DNA of 64,000 bases from a bacterium (GCA_037130655.1 JBAXSP010000001.1:101830-165829); one strand, 5' to 3'; shown: positions 49,563-59,106, counted from the stretch's first letter. Program-made: numbers and translations. Notes: generated by a model from the sequence alone, not told the origin.

Positions 49563-52550
49563 CTAGTTAAAAATCCTTTTAGACAAAGCACAGTAAGGAC
49601 ACTCATCAGCTCCCCCGCCCCACGGTTTGAAATGACATTCATTTTCTATCCATGTTCCATTTTGCAATGCTTGATTGTATTCACCGATATCGCGTTTCAA
49701 TAAATCAATTTGCTCTTGTGATATATGAGCACTGTATAATGCGTTTTTGTCTTTAGTTTCTGCTTCTAAGAAAAGCAATTTTGAAATAGACACTGACTCA
49801 TCTTTTTTGCCACCACGCACCAAATACGAATACATAGCCAATTGACGCATATAATCAGACAACCGTCCTTCGTCGGTCATTTTCTCTATCTCACTTTTTG
49901 TTTTTGGCTTACCTGTTTTGAAATCAGTCACGACAATGTCTCCATTTGGAAATGTTTCAGTCAGATCCAACTTACCGTACATTTTAAGTTGTGGAAAATC
50001 TGAATCACGGAATTGCAACGATCGTTCTGATTGATGATCTTTTGCCAAATGTTCATAATAATTCTTGATCCAATTACTAACTGCTTTTTCGGCAGATTTC
50101 GATAAGTCTTTTAATTCTTTTTTGTCTTGTACACCTTCTTTCAGTAGACACTCCTCAATTTTTGCTTTGAGTATTTTGTCGGTCGGCAACTTCTTTTCTT
50201 TCAAAATAAATTCAATCGTACTGTGTACTGCAGAACCGAGCGCAAGACTCACTCCTTTGACTTCTGGCAGTTTCAAGAAATTTCTAAAATACCATTTCCA
50301 TGGACACTCAAAGAAATTGTTGAGTAGCGTGACAGTCGCATTTGTTTGTTCAAAATTCTCTTTGACGTATTGTTTCAATGCTTCGAGTGTTTCAGTTTTT
50401 TCGACTGAAGTAATTTCAGTATAAATTTTGGGCCCATGCACCAGTAACTCCGTTTCTGTTTGTTCGGCTGTTTTTTCGATGAAATGTTTTTTGTCTAAGT
50501 CAGCAACAATACGAGCAAGCTCAAGTTCTCCTCCACCATAATTTTCTTTTGCGTAAGAAATTGTACACAACTCTTTTGCGCGAGTAATTGCCACATACAG
50601 TTCACGTTTTGCAGCTTCGACGGTGCGTTCATTGATTTTTTCTTTGACCTTTTCTGGCAACGTAAATGCACTGCGTTTTTCACTCATCAGTGTTTGTTCA
50701 TTCATATGTGCAATCCACACTGCTTTGTACTCCAAACCTTTTGAACGATGGAGTGTCATAACTTGAATACCTGAAGTTCCACCGAACGTCGCAAGTTCGA
50801 TACTGTTGCCGTATGATTTCAGTCGTTCGATATATTCCAAAAATTCGGGCAACGTCGCACCAACGTGTTTGGTCTCATATGCAAGTGCAGTATGAATAAA
50901 ACTTCGTACTACTTCGACAGTATGTAAAAGCTCATCATGACTTGTCACCTTGTTTATCAAAAGTTCATTTCCAATTGTTGCGACAACCAACGACAACTTT
51001 TCATATGTCAGCGTACTGATCCAAGATTCAAGTTGCTTGCCCCATGTGGCAATTTCATTTTGATCATCAAATAATCCATTTGATTTTCCATTGTCAGTAA
51101 GTTCTCCGATTGTTAGATATTGCGGTTTTGTATTTCGTAAGAACGTATGTGCCATCATTGGTGGAATACCGCTTGTCTTGTCGAGTAAACTCGCAGACAG
51201 CGACACTGCATTAAATGGATCAGCGACAATCGAAAGTACCCGAAGCAAACTTTCTGTTTCTGGTTTACTAAACAGTGAGATATTGCCGGCTGAAGAAACA
51301 TGAAGTCCCATCTGTGACAAAATACTGACAGCGTTTCGAACGTGACGATTTTTCGGTACCAACAGTGCACATTCATGTTCTGGAATACCTTGTGCTATTT
51401 GTTGCTTGAAATACAATCCTGCACCGAGAATCTCATCGCGTTCGTACACATATTGCGCAAGCGTGATCCCTGTATCACCTGCACTGTTACTGCGGAGTTT
51501 TTCTTCAGTGATAGAACTACTGAGTAAGTCATCAGCTAGCGCGAGAATTGGAGAGGTTGAACGGTAATTTTCGGTCAATGTAATCAATTTAGCCTTTCCA
51601 AAAAATGTTTTGAATTCAGTAAAATAATTGATATTTGCACCAGAGAAACCATAGATAAGTTGGCGGTCATCACCCACGACGAAAATGTTTGGCGTAAGCC
51701 CCATCGATTCGAAATCTCCCCAAACAGCTTTCAAGAAATTGTTCTGCACCGCCGAAGAGTCTTGATGTTCGTCCACCAAAACATATTGATAATTTTCATA
51801 CACATCAGCACGAGCTTCATCTGATATTTCAACCACTCGCACCGCAAAATAAAGCACATCATCATAATCCATCAATCCGAGACCACGTTTGCGTTCTTCG
51901 TAGAGTTTATAAAATTGCACAACTTCTTTGGTTCGTTCAAGACTTTCGATTTTCTTCTCGACATCTTTTTTCAAACTTCCCTTACTTTCTCCGCGACTAG
52001 AGATGCTATCTGGATTTTCTTTCAGTTCCTTGATTTCAGTTTCGATATATTCCAAAAATTGCTCGTGTGTGAGCCGTTCGCGCTTCATCAAAGAAATCAA
52101 ACTTTTGAGTTCACCGAAATACATTGCTGGATTGGTACGTGGGCGCAAATGTTCCCAGTCATTGTCGTGCAAAATTTCATCCACGAGAAAAACTCCTTCT
52201 GCATCATCAATCAATTTTGGTTCTATTTCAAAACCAATCAAATCAAAATGTTTTTGTACCAAAGAAATTGCAAATGAGTGAAAGGTGTTGATGACGACAT
52301 CATTTGCCCGTGTACCGATATATGATTCCAAACGATCACGCATTGCAGTGACTCCTGAGCGAGTAAATGTCAGACACAAAATACCACTTGGACCAATGTC
52401 GGTCTTTTGTAAAATGTTGGCAATACGAAGCGCAAGAACTTGTGTCTTGCCCGTTCCTGGGCCTGCTACCACCATCACCGGACCGTCGAGTGTATCGACA
52501 GCGAGTTTTTGATTGGTATTGAGTTTGTTGTAAGCGTCAGCAAATTGCAT
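49563..52550 (-). CDS. UvrD/PcrA-family helicase with C-terminal PD-(D/E)XK nuclease
   Basis: AGPGTGKT, VDEHQD, GDDRQ, ENYRS, SKGLE, YVAITRA; GKLD..DFKTG..Q...Y with Cys residues. Confidence 0.93.
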   Translation of the reverse strand: MQFADAYNKLNTNQKLAVDTLDGPVMVVAGPGTGKTQVLALRIANILQKTDIGPSGILCLTFTRSGVTAMRDRLESYIGTRANDVVINTFHSFAISLVQKHFDLIGFEIEPKLIDDAEGVFLVDEILHDNDWEHLRPRTNPAMYFGELKSLISLMKRERLTHEQFLEYIETEIKELKENPDSISSRGESKGSLKKDVEKKIESLERTKEVVQFYKLYEERKRGLGLMDYDDVLYFAVRVVEISDEARADVYENYQYVLVDEHQDSSAVQNNFLKAVWGDFESMGLTPNIFVVGDDRQLIYGFSGANINYFTEFKTFFGKAKLITLTENYRSTSPILALADDLLSSSITEEKLRSNSAGDTGITLAQYVYERDEILGAGLYFKQQIAQGIPEHECALLVPKNRHVRNAVSILSQMGLHVSSAGNISLFSKPETESLLRVLSIVADPFNAVSLSASLLDKTSGIPPMMAHTFLRNTKPQYLTIGELTDNGKSNGLFDDQNEIATWGKQLESWISTLTYEKLSLVVATIGNELLINKVTSHDELLHTVEVVRSFIHTALAYETKHVGATLPEFLEYIERLKSYGNSIELATFGGTSGIQVMTLHRSKGLEYKAVWIAHMNEQTLMSEKRSAFTLPEKVKEKINERTVEAAKRELYVAITRAKELCTISYAKENYGGGELELARIVADLDKKHFIEKTAEQTETELLVHGPKIYTEITSVEKTETLEALKQYVKENFEQTNATVTLLNNFFECPWKWYFRNFLKLPEVKGVSLALGSAVHSTIEFILKEKKLPTDKILKAKIEECLLKEGVQDKKELKDLSKSAEKAVSNWIKNYYEHLAKDHQSERSLQFRDSDFPQLKMYGKLDLTETFPNGDIVVTDFKTGKPKTKSEIEKMTDEGRLSDYMRQLAMYSYLVRGGKKDESVSISKLLFLEAETKDKNALYSAHISQEQIDLLKRDIGEYNQALQNGTWIENECHFKPWGGGADECPYCALSKRIFN

Positions 52551-52644
52551 ATCTGTTTATTATACAATATCACTATAAACACCGATGGTTGACCTATATT
52601 TTGATTGTGGTACAATTGAAAACGGTAAAAAGTTCTATTGATAA

Positions 52645-52968
52645 ATGTGTAAAAAAACTAACCAAAACCGCAAAGGTGATCACCAACCAGCAAAACAAGT
52701 AGTACCTGAACTTCTAAATGAAGTGCTTGCATTCAACAGTAAAGGCAGGCAGAACAAAGTAGAAAACTATGTACCACTTGCACAAAAACTTCACAAACAT
52801 GGTTACTCAGTAAATACCTTCCTCAAATATTGGGACGGTGACAAATTGACTGAACGAATGATTTCAAACTTACAAAATGCTCTTGATATCGTTCAAGGCA
52901 GACAAGAACAGGAGAACACACAACTGATCACCGAAGAAGAAAACTCTTTCGCAGTTATTACACTTTAA
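52645..52968 (+). CDS. Hypothetical protein
   Basis: 107 aa, upstream promoter-like sequence and downstream hairpin terminator. Confidence 0.65.
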   Translation: MCKKTNQNRKGDHQPAKQVVPELLNEVLAFNSKGRQNKVENYVPLAQKLHKHGYSVNTFLKYWDGDKLTERMISNLQNALDIVQGRQEQENTQLITEEENSFAVITL

Positions 52969-53009
52969 ACAAAAAGCCTCCTTTTCGGAGGCTTTTTTAT
53001 TTTGATAAT

Positions 53010-53327
53010 TTATTTTTCTTTCTTACCCCATCGCCATGATGGTTTTTCTCCGGTTGCATAACAAATGATAATCAGAAAGACTGTTACGATGTATGTGTTC
53101 GGAAAGAAATTGATAATAAAATCTGAGTCAGAATGTACGTGATTGTCGATGAAAATCAAATTTCCATAAACCACAAAAAGATACATCACAAGCACCGCCC
53201 AACCTTGCCAAGTACATGGAGTCCAGCCCCAGCCGTATGATTTTGCTCTAAACCAAACCTTGTTTGGTCGAGCGTCCGTCTCTGACGGATTAGCTTCAAA
53301 CCATAGTTTTTTGTTTTCTTGTTCCAT
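53010..53327 (-). CDS. Small membrane protein (WF..K.YGWGWTP..WQGW motif)
   Basis: Trp-rich motif plus two TM helices. Confidence 0.8.
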   Translation of the reverse strand: MEQENKKLWFEANPSETDARPNKVWFRAKSYGWGWTPCTWQGWAVLVMYLFVVYGNLIFIDNHVHSDSDFIINFFPNTYIVTVFLIIICYATGEKPSWRWGKKEK

Positions 53328-53372
53328 ATTTAAACTAAATTATATCATTAAAACTTACAAAAATAATTATAA

Positions 53373-53499
53373 TTAAAAAGTTATAAAATCGATACAGTTC
53401 AAGGCGGTGTGGTTAAAAGATGAGGAGATGTACAACACGTACATTGACGAATATTTTAACCACACCAACGCAGAAATGTACGATTTTATAACTTTTTAA
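53373..53499 (+). repeat. Long imperfect hairpin element, family F3 copy 2
   Basis: 19-bp perfect outer stem, GGTGTGGTTAAAA/TTTTAACCACACC, GAGATGTAC-N5-GTACATTGA core. Confidence 0.8.
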
Positions 53500-53905
53500 C
53501 CTGTTCTTGGCGAGCATTAAATACTATCTTTGACCGGCGAGTGATTGCGAAAATACCGAGCACAACAATATAGGTTGTCGTAACTTCGGATGGCATCACA
53601 TACGGTAAATGCAAAATTGCATCAACTACCAAAATTCCAAATACGAGAATTGTCCAAATAAGTACATATCGCTCCCCAACCCTTTTTCCGCTGTGGTGTT
53701 CGTGCCAACGTTCAAACTCCTTTTCAGCAATGAAGATGACCAAAATAGCTTTGTAAATAATAGCAATCGGACCTAACAAATCAGGCTCGCTGTTGTTCGT
53801 ATAAAAATCAAATAAGATTGTCCCGAATAAAATAATAGAAGCAAGACCAGCTAGTAGTCTCCAGAAGTAATCGTCATATTTCTTTGGAAATATTGGATTA
53901 TCCAT
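53486..53905 (-). CDS. Four-TM membrane protein
   Basis: Four hydrophobic segments; start ATG 53905. Confidence 0.75.
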   Translation of the reverse strand: MDNPIFPKKYDDYFWRLLAGLASIILFGTILFDFYTNNSEPDLLGPIAIIYKAILVIFIAEKEFERWHEHHSGKRVGERYVLIWTILVFGILVVDAILHLPYVMPSEVTTTYIVVLGIFAITRRSKIVFNARQEQVKKL

Positions 53906-53928
53906 AACACTCGTATTGTAACACAAAT

Positions 53929-54035
53929 AATGACTAATTACTAGTGACCAATGACTAATTTAATAAAACACAAACTATTCAAAAAAGAGGCGAAAACCGT
54001 AGGTTTTCGCCTCTTTTTATTAGACACTGGTCATT
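53929..54035. repeat. Inverted heptamer arrays flanking a palindrome
   Basis: AATGACT AATTACT AGTGACC AATGACT / aaaaagaggcgaaaacc-gta-ggttttcgcctcttttt / AGACACT GGTCATT. Confidence 0.88.
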
Positions 54036-54066
54036 ACTTCGAACAGCTTCCACAAGAACATCCGCA

Positions 54067-54175
54067 CCTTCCTTACAGGAACAGTACACCTTTTGGATAT
54101 ATTTCTTCGTAAAACTCGAAATCTATCTCAAAAGGTCTTGCGTCTGTATTACGATACAGACTCACCAGTCTTACC
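54067..54175 (-). mobile_element. Structured insertion in DoxX 3' end (family F2, copy 2)
   Basis: Shares gtacaccttttggata and hairpin order with 12548-12645; flanked by recoded CGCS codons. Confidence 0.6.
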
Positions 54176-54727
54176 TGAACAACCACAAGATGCATCTTTG
54201 CAAGAAGCACAGTCACAAGTTTTTGCAGTACCAGTTGTAGCACTTGCATCACAGACACAAGTTTCGCATCCGTTGCAAGAACCGCATCCACCGCAAGTTC
54301 CTTTGCCACAGCAATCACCGGTATTACAAACGCCACATACGCATTTTGTCTTCATTGCGTATTTACCACAACCAAGAGAAAGAATTGCAATGTTTGCAAC
54401 GAGCAACATCAAATCAATTTCCATTGCTTGGAATCCCATTTTGCGTTTTACCAACAACATTGCAAATACCATTACCAATGCAAGTAGTGGTGCAACGATA
54501 CAAGCTCCAATACCAAGTACCAACATGATACCTCCCAATAGTTCTATTGCGCCGATAGCGTATGCAAAGAATTTTGCAAGACCGAGCATTGCGAAGAATC
54601 CTACTGTTTGATCAATATGTGCCAACTTTTGGTATCCGTGGAAAATAAAAATAATACCGACAGCGACACGCAACAACAACAATCCAAAGTGTGGAGTGAA
54701 GTATTTTCTCATACAATCTTTTGTCAT
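54149..54727 (-). CDS. DoxX-family membrane protein with Cys-rich metallothionein-like tail
   Basis: LLLRVAVG..HG.QK, ELLGG..LVLG; CxC/CxxC-rich C-terminus. Confidence 0.88.
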   Translation of the reverse strand: MTKDCMRKYFTPHFGLLLLRVAVGIIFIFHGYQKLAHIDQTVGFFAMLGLAKFFAYAIGAIELLGGIMLVLGIGACIVAPLLALVMVFAMLLVKRKMGFQAMEIDLMLLVANIAILSLGCGKYAMKTKCVCGVCNTGDCCGKGTCGGCGSCNGCETCVCDASATTGTAKTCDCASCKDASCGCSGKTGESVS

Positions 54728-54772
54728 AAAAAATAAAATTAAAAACTACTAATATGTTATTCCTTTATTGTA

Positions 54773-55549
54773 TCACTTACCACCAAAGCGAGGAAGTAAA
54801 TCTTTACCAATAGCACTATATGGAATCGTAATACTCACCTCTCCTGTCGCATATGGCGCGACTTGATATGGATTGAACACCACCACAAGTCCGGTGTCAG
54901 ACAAATAGACATTGTCGAAATTTTTGGGATCAGGACCAGCACCTTCGTTTACCATGTCTTCATCATAATTTTCGGCAAGCACGGTCTTCAATTGCTCTTT
55001 TGATAATTGAGATAAATCTTTCCAGAACAATGTTTTTTTATTGAACAAATTTTCGGTATAGATTTGTTGTCCATCAGTATCACCAATCAGCAAAACTTGT
55101 GAATATTCGTATGGATGCGCAGAACCTTTTGATTCTGATTCGAGTTTGAAAATAATCGTCGTGACACTGTGCACCGGTTGCAGAATTTGATATTCACCAG
55201 TCAACTTACTGACTCCGTCATCAGTTGCAGTCACATCAGTTTCGTTGGCAATAAAATTATCAATTTCTTTTTTGATAACCGTGCGAATCGTTGCATTGGC
55301 AATCGCCAAAAACGGCATAGCTTCTTGGTACTCTGGATAATGCACTTTGATATAGATACCGGTATCGCGTTTGGTAAATGTTTTGTCTTTTGTTTGCGCA
55401 AGCGAAAGATTGGTAATACTTGGATTTGGACGATTGTCGACTTTTTGTTTTGCAAAACGAATCCAAAAAGCACCGAGGATTACAACGAGCAAAAATACCG
55501 TTACTAAAAATTTTGGATTCCGAACAAGGTCGGCAATAAACTTCTTCAT
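54773..55549 (-). CDS. RsiV/PdaC-like (DUF3298) protein
   Basis: GSAHP, GLVVVFNPYQVAPYATG..IPY; N-terminal TM. Confidence 0.85.
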   Translation of the reverse strand: MKKFIADLVRNPKFLVTVFLLVVILGAFWIRFAKQKVDNRPNPSITNLSLAQTKDKTFTKRDTGIYIKVHYPEYQEAMPFLAIANATIRTVIKKEIDNFIANETDVTATDDGVSKLTGEYQILQPVHSVTTIIFKLESESKGSAHPYEYSQVLLIGDTDGQQIYTENLFNKKTLFWKDLSQLSKEQLKTVLAENYDEDMVNEGAGPDPKNFDNVYLSDTGLVVVFNPYQVAPYATGEVSITIPYSAIGKDLLPRFGGK

Positions 55550-55626
55550 GATATATAAAGTATATCACGCAGTGTATTTAGAGTACAAAATATGATATAA
55601 AAGTATTGTTATTTTGTATTCTGAGC

Positions 55627-55916
55627 TGGGGAATCGTCTAATGGTAGGACTTCGGTTTCTGGTATAAAAAGTGAACTGCTTCACTTTTTATCCGATTCCG
55701 AGTCACACGAGGAAATTGCTGTTATAATTCTTTTTAATTACAAAAAGAATTATAGGCAATAGGGACTACTATTTGGGTATTTGAATTTTATTGTTTACAA
55801 AGCTGTCGGATCGTCTAATGGTAGGACTTCGGTTTCTGGTACCGACTATCTTGGTTCGAGTCCAAGTCCGACAGCTTTGTAAATAATTCACAATAAGGTG
55901 CATCCCAGCTTCCCAG
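55627..55916 (+). pseudogene. Interrupted outer tRNA-Gln(CTG) shell enclosing an intact tRNA-Gln
   Basis: 5' half 55627-55664, CCGA 55692-55695, CTAT-TTGGG 55769-55777, CCCAG-CTTCCCA-G 55904-55916. Confidence 0.6.
55804..55874 (+). tRNA. tRNA-Gln(CTG)
   Basis: TGTCGGA/TCCGACA-G acceptor, TCGGT-TTCTGGT-ACCGA anticodon arm, TTCGAGT T-loop. Confidence 0.95.
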
Positions 55917-55934
55917 CTTAAAATAGAAAATCAT

Positions 55935-56441
55935 ATGAAAAAAATCATTAACAACAAAATGCAAAAGGGATATGAATATGAATTGGTTGCGCCAATGGGC
56001 AAACAATTTGATCCGAAATTCAAACCCGATCTCACTCCGAAACAAATGCTCGCACTTGGTGTCTTTGGTGGTGTGTATATGCGTGATGTTGCAAAAACTG
56101 ATGAATACCCTTCTGATTGGTTCACTCGAGCAAAATTGGCAACCGGCAAACGAGACAAGAACCTCAACTATTTCAACGTGAACGCTTCACAATCACTCGC
56201 AATCTGGCGAAAGAATGGTTGGATATACAAAGACGATCCACGAGGATGGTTCGAATGGTATTGCCGATATTATATGGGACGACGAATTCCCAAAGAAGAC
56301 GCTCGACAAATCGACCGCTGGCAAAAGATGGTACGACATGTAGGGCAAATCAAAAACAATTGCCGAGTTGGTGATGAATTTTGCCGACCACGACAACGAC
56401 AAGCCTTGCTCCACTGGGCATATGATAGTAGAAAAATGTAA
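55935..56441 (+). CDS. Conserved hypothetical protein
   Basis: PDLTPKQML.LGVFGG.Y and DPRGWFEWYCRYYMGRR motifs; function unknown. Confidence 0.8.
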   Translation: MKKIINNKMQKGYEYELVAPMGKQFDPKFKPDLTPKQMLALGVFGGVYMRDVAKTDEYPSDWFTRAKLATGKRDKNLNYFNVNASQSLAIWRKNGWIYKDDPRGWFEWYCRYYMGRRIPKEDARQIDRWQKMVRHVGQIKNNCRVGDEFCRPRQRQALLHWAYDSRKM

Positions 56442-56625
56442 TAACCACTGCTAATTATTTAGTAGCGTAATTTTTAAATACACCAAATAAGAAAAAATAC
56501 TTCTTATACTTTTATGTAAGTATTTTAAAAATTCTCGTACCAAAATCTATTATTTTACAGATAGTCTTATGTATGATATAATTTTTAGGAAATAAAATAA
56601 ATTCTGTAACTTAAAACAATTAAAT

Positions 56626-57384
56626 ATGAACAAAGAAAATCTTATCGACAAATTACCCAGAACTGTTCCTTTTGGATACTGGAAAGGATCTGGAGAAAGC
56701 CATCAGTTCAATGTTGGTTTGAATCACCTAATCTTTCTTGATTTATCAAGTTTATTGGGAATTAACACTGATATTAACTTACTGAGATTTTACGCTAAAG
56801 AGGAACACAATGAAGAACTATTATTTGATGGTAATTCTATGTCTTCCGACAATGCTGAGGATCAATTGAAAAGGGTTGAAAAATCTTTCATGATTCTTGA
56901 ATCAAAAGGTGTTGATGTTGATGAAAGAATCAAAGCTAAAAAAGATTTCTTTTCTTTTTTAAGCCTGCATTCTTTTTATGGAAACAGTTTATCAGGAATA
57001 GTCATACTTAAAGCAGTAGAAGTTGGTCAAACATCACCAGAAGTATTACAAAGGAATTTAGTCTTACCAGAATACGTAAAACTTATTCCAGCAAAGATGG
57101 CGTACCAAATTGCTTTTCTTCTGTCTCATTGTATGACTGAGAACTTTATGAAGGTTTTCGATCTTTATCAAATTCTTATAATGAATGAACCATTAGAAAA
57201 ATCGGATCCAAATGATAATAACCTGACTGTATCAGTATCTCCGCCGAGAAAAAAGGAAGGATTAGGCCCAGTAAAAGCAAAAATTGGACTGAACCTTTTC
57301 GATAACCCTTATACAATCAATAAGGGAGACGGGCTCTGTTTTCTTTGTTTCCAATCAACCATCAAAGAACGAGGCATGTGGTAA
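56626..57384 (+). CDS. Hypothetical protein (AT-rich)
   Basis: 252-aa ORF, no recognised family. Confidence 0.7.
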   Translation: MNKENLIDKLPRTVPFGYWKGSGESHQFNVGLNHLIFLDLSSLLGINTDINLLRFYAKEEHNEELLFDGNSMSSDNAEDQLKRVEKSFMILESKGVDVDERIKAKKDFFSFLSLHSFYGNSLSGIVILKAVEVGQTSPEVLQRNLVLPEYVKLIPAKMAYQIAFLLSHCMTENFMKVFDLYQILIMNEPLEKSDPNDNNLTVSVSPPRKKEGLGPVKAKIGLNLFDNPYTINKGDGLCFLCFQSTIKERGMW

Positions 57385-57500
57385 ATGCACAAAAAAAAAG
57401 GCATATCCGATTAAAACTATCGAGGTGTGCCTTTTTCTAATTCAATAAATCGTTCTCCGACGCTTGAACTAGTACTCTCTTATGTATACAATGAACGTAT

Positions 57501-57628
57501 ATGAATCCCGCTCAAAAATCGCGGTCGCAATTTTTTATTTGGGTTTTTCATTTTTTAATAACAAATTAATATGATAGTGTTTCGGTTTTGTTCAAAAATA
57601 ACCGCGACCTATTTCTAACGGGATGAAT
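57501..57628. mobile_element. MITE-like insertion at a start codon with ATGAAT direct repeats
   Basis: ATGAAT|CCCG..TCGCGGT...ACCGCGA..TTTCTAACGGG|ATGAAT. Confidence 0.55.
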
Positions 57629-58141
57629 AAAATTATCGCAATACTCATCACTGCACTCCTTTTGGTTGGAGGAGGTGTATATGTAAAAACACACAAACAA
57701 GACAGCACTAAACAATCAACACAAGCAACGAGTACAACCGAAGAATCGTACAAACAAGAAGCTTCTTCAACTGAATCTGTTGGTCAAAAAACAGAACGAG
57801 AAGATGAAGACAGTAACGAGAATGATGACGATGACAATGAAGGACGAACCAGTGCTTCAAAAGAAACAATCAAACCAACAACAAAGCCAGCAACACAAAC
57901 TAGTGCGACATTTACGCTCGCTCAAATCGCGACACACAACAATAGTGCAAGTTGCTACACAACTATTTCAGGTGGTGTATATGATCTGACTACATGGATC
58001 AATCAACATCCGGGTGGACGTATGGCGATACTTTCTTTGTGTGGTAAAGACGGCACTGTATCATTTATGAACCAACACGGCGGACAAGGACGACCTGAAC
58101 AAGAATTGGCGAGTTTCAAAATTGGAACATTAGTAAAATAA
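57623..58141 (+). CDS. Cytochrome b5-like heme/steroid-binding domain protein
   Basis: HNNSASCY..VYDLTTWINQHPGG..CGKDGT..F..QH; N-terminal anchor. Confidence 0.9.
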   Translation: MNKIIAILITALLLVGGGVYVKTHKQDSTKQSTQATSTTEESYKQEASSTESVGQKTEREDEDSNENDDDDNEGRTSASKETIKPTTKPATQTSATFTLAQIATHNNSASCYTTISGGVYDLTTWINQHPGGRMAILSLCGKDGTVSFMNQHGGQGRPEQELASFKIGTLVK

Positions 58142-58154
58142 TATTCAATCACAA

Positions 58155-58532
58155 ATGGAAATAAAAAACGTCAACAAAGTACATAAAGAAAAATTGAGTA
58201 AACTCGACAAGATTGCACTTCGAGCAACAAGTTTTGTCGGTTCAATGAAATTCTTTTTTGCAATCGTCATTTGGACAACACTCTGGTTTTCATGGAATAT
58301 TTTTGCACCAGTAGAATTTCGCTTCGACCCATTCCCTGCTTTTGTACTCTGGCTCTTCTTGTCGAATATGATTCAAATCTTTTTGATGCCACTCGTGATG
58401 ATTGGGCAAAATTTGCAAGGACGACACTCTGAAGAACGCGCAGAAAATGATTACCAAGTGAATATCAAAGCAGAAAAGGATATTGCTGTCATCCTTGGAA
58501 AATTGGAAGCGATAGAAAATAAAATGAAGTAG
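58155..58532 (+). CDS. DUF1003 membrane protein
   Basis: FVGSM, FDPFP, PLVMIGQN, DYQVNIKAE. Confidence 0.88.
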   Translation: MEIKNVNKVHKEKLSKLDKIALRATSFVGSMKFFFAIVIWTTLWFSWNIFAPVEFRFDPFPAFVLWLFLSNMIQIFLMPLVMIGQNLQGRHSEERAENDYQVNIKAEKDIAVILGKLEAIENKMK

Positions 58533-58533
58533 T

Positions 58534-59106
58534 ATGAAAAACGCAATTATTGTTCATGGAATGCCGAACAAAGAAGAGTTTGAAAAGAATGGCATATTCA
58601 AACATTGGCTTCCGTGGATTAAAACCGAATTAGAAACAAAAGGAGTCGGTGTAACAATTCCAGAAATGCCGACACCGTATGCTCCGATATATGAAGCGTG
58701 GAAAGAAGTGTTTGAACAATTCCCTCTCACTGAAGAAACAATATTGATTGGACATAGTTATGGAGCAGGATTTCTTTTGAGATACTTATCTGAGAACAAC
58801 GTCTCTGTTGGCAAGGTTGCGTTGGTTGCGCCATGGATTGATCCTGATGGATACTTAGCAACACTATCGCTTCCGAATTCATTTGATTTCACCCCCGACA
58901 ATAATCTTGTAGAAAAAACAAAAGGAGTAACGGTGTTTTGTTCAGAAGACGATGATGAATATATTTTGGAAAGTGTCAGACAAATCAAAGCAACATACAC
59001 TGGTTTTGATTACAAAGAATTCACCGATCGTGGACATTTCACCACTGAACCTGGATATGATAATGATACGTTTCCGGAACTACTCCGAGTAATTACCAAT
59101 GACTAA
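58534..59106 (+). CDS. RBBP9/YdeN-family alpha/beta hydrolase
   Basis: IVHG, HWLPW, GHSYG, SEDD, GHF. Confidence 0.9.
   Translation: MKNAIIVHGMPNKEEFEKNGIFKHWLPWIKTELETKGVGVTIPEMPTPYAPIYEAWKEVFEQFPLTEETILIGHSYGAGFLLRYLSENNVSVGKVALVAPWIDPDGYLATLSLPNSFDFTPDNNLVEKTKGVTVFCSEDDDEYILESVRQIKATYTGFDYKEFTDRGHFTTEPGYDNDTFPELLRVITND

Noticed and set aside
54068-54177. CAG|GTAAG ... AAG|G on the minus strand resembles spliceosomal intron ends
   Set aside because: Bacterial genome, and removal at those sites does not restore the Cys-rich frame; treated as coincidence
57495-57622. c-di-AMP (ydaO) riboswitch suggested by TGAATCC
   Set aside because: Remaining consensus elements absent; direct and inverted repeats fit an insertion better
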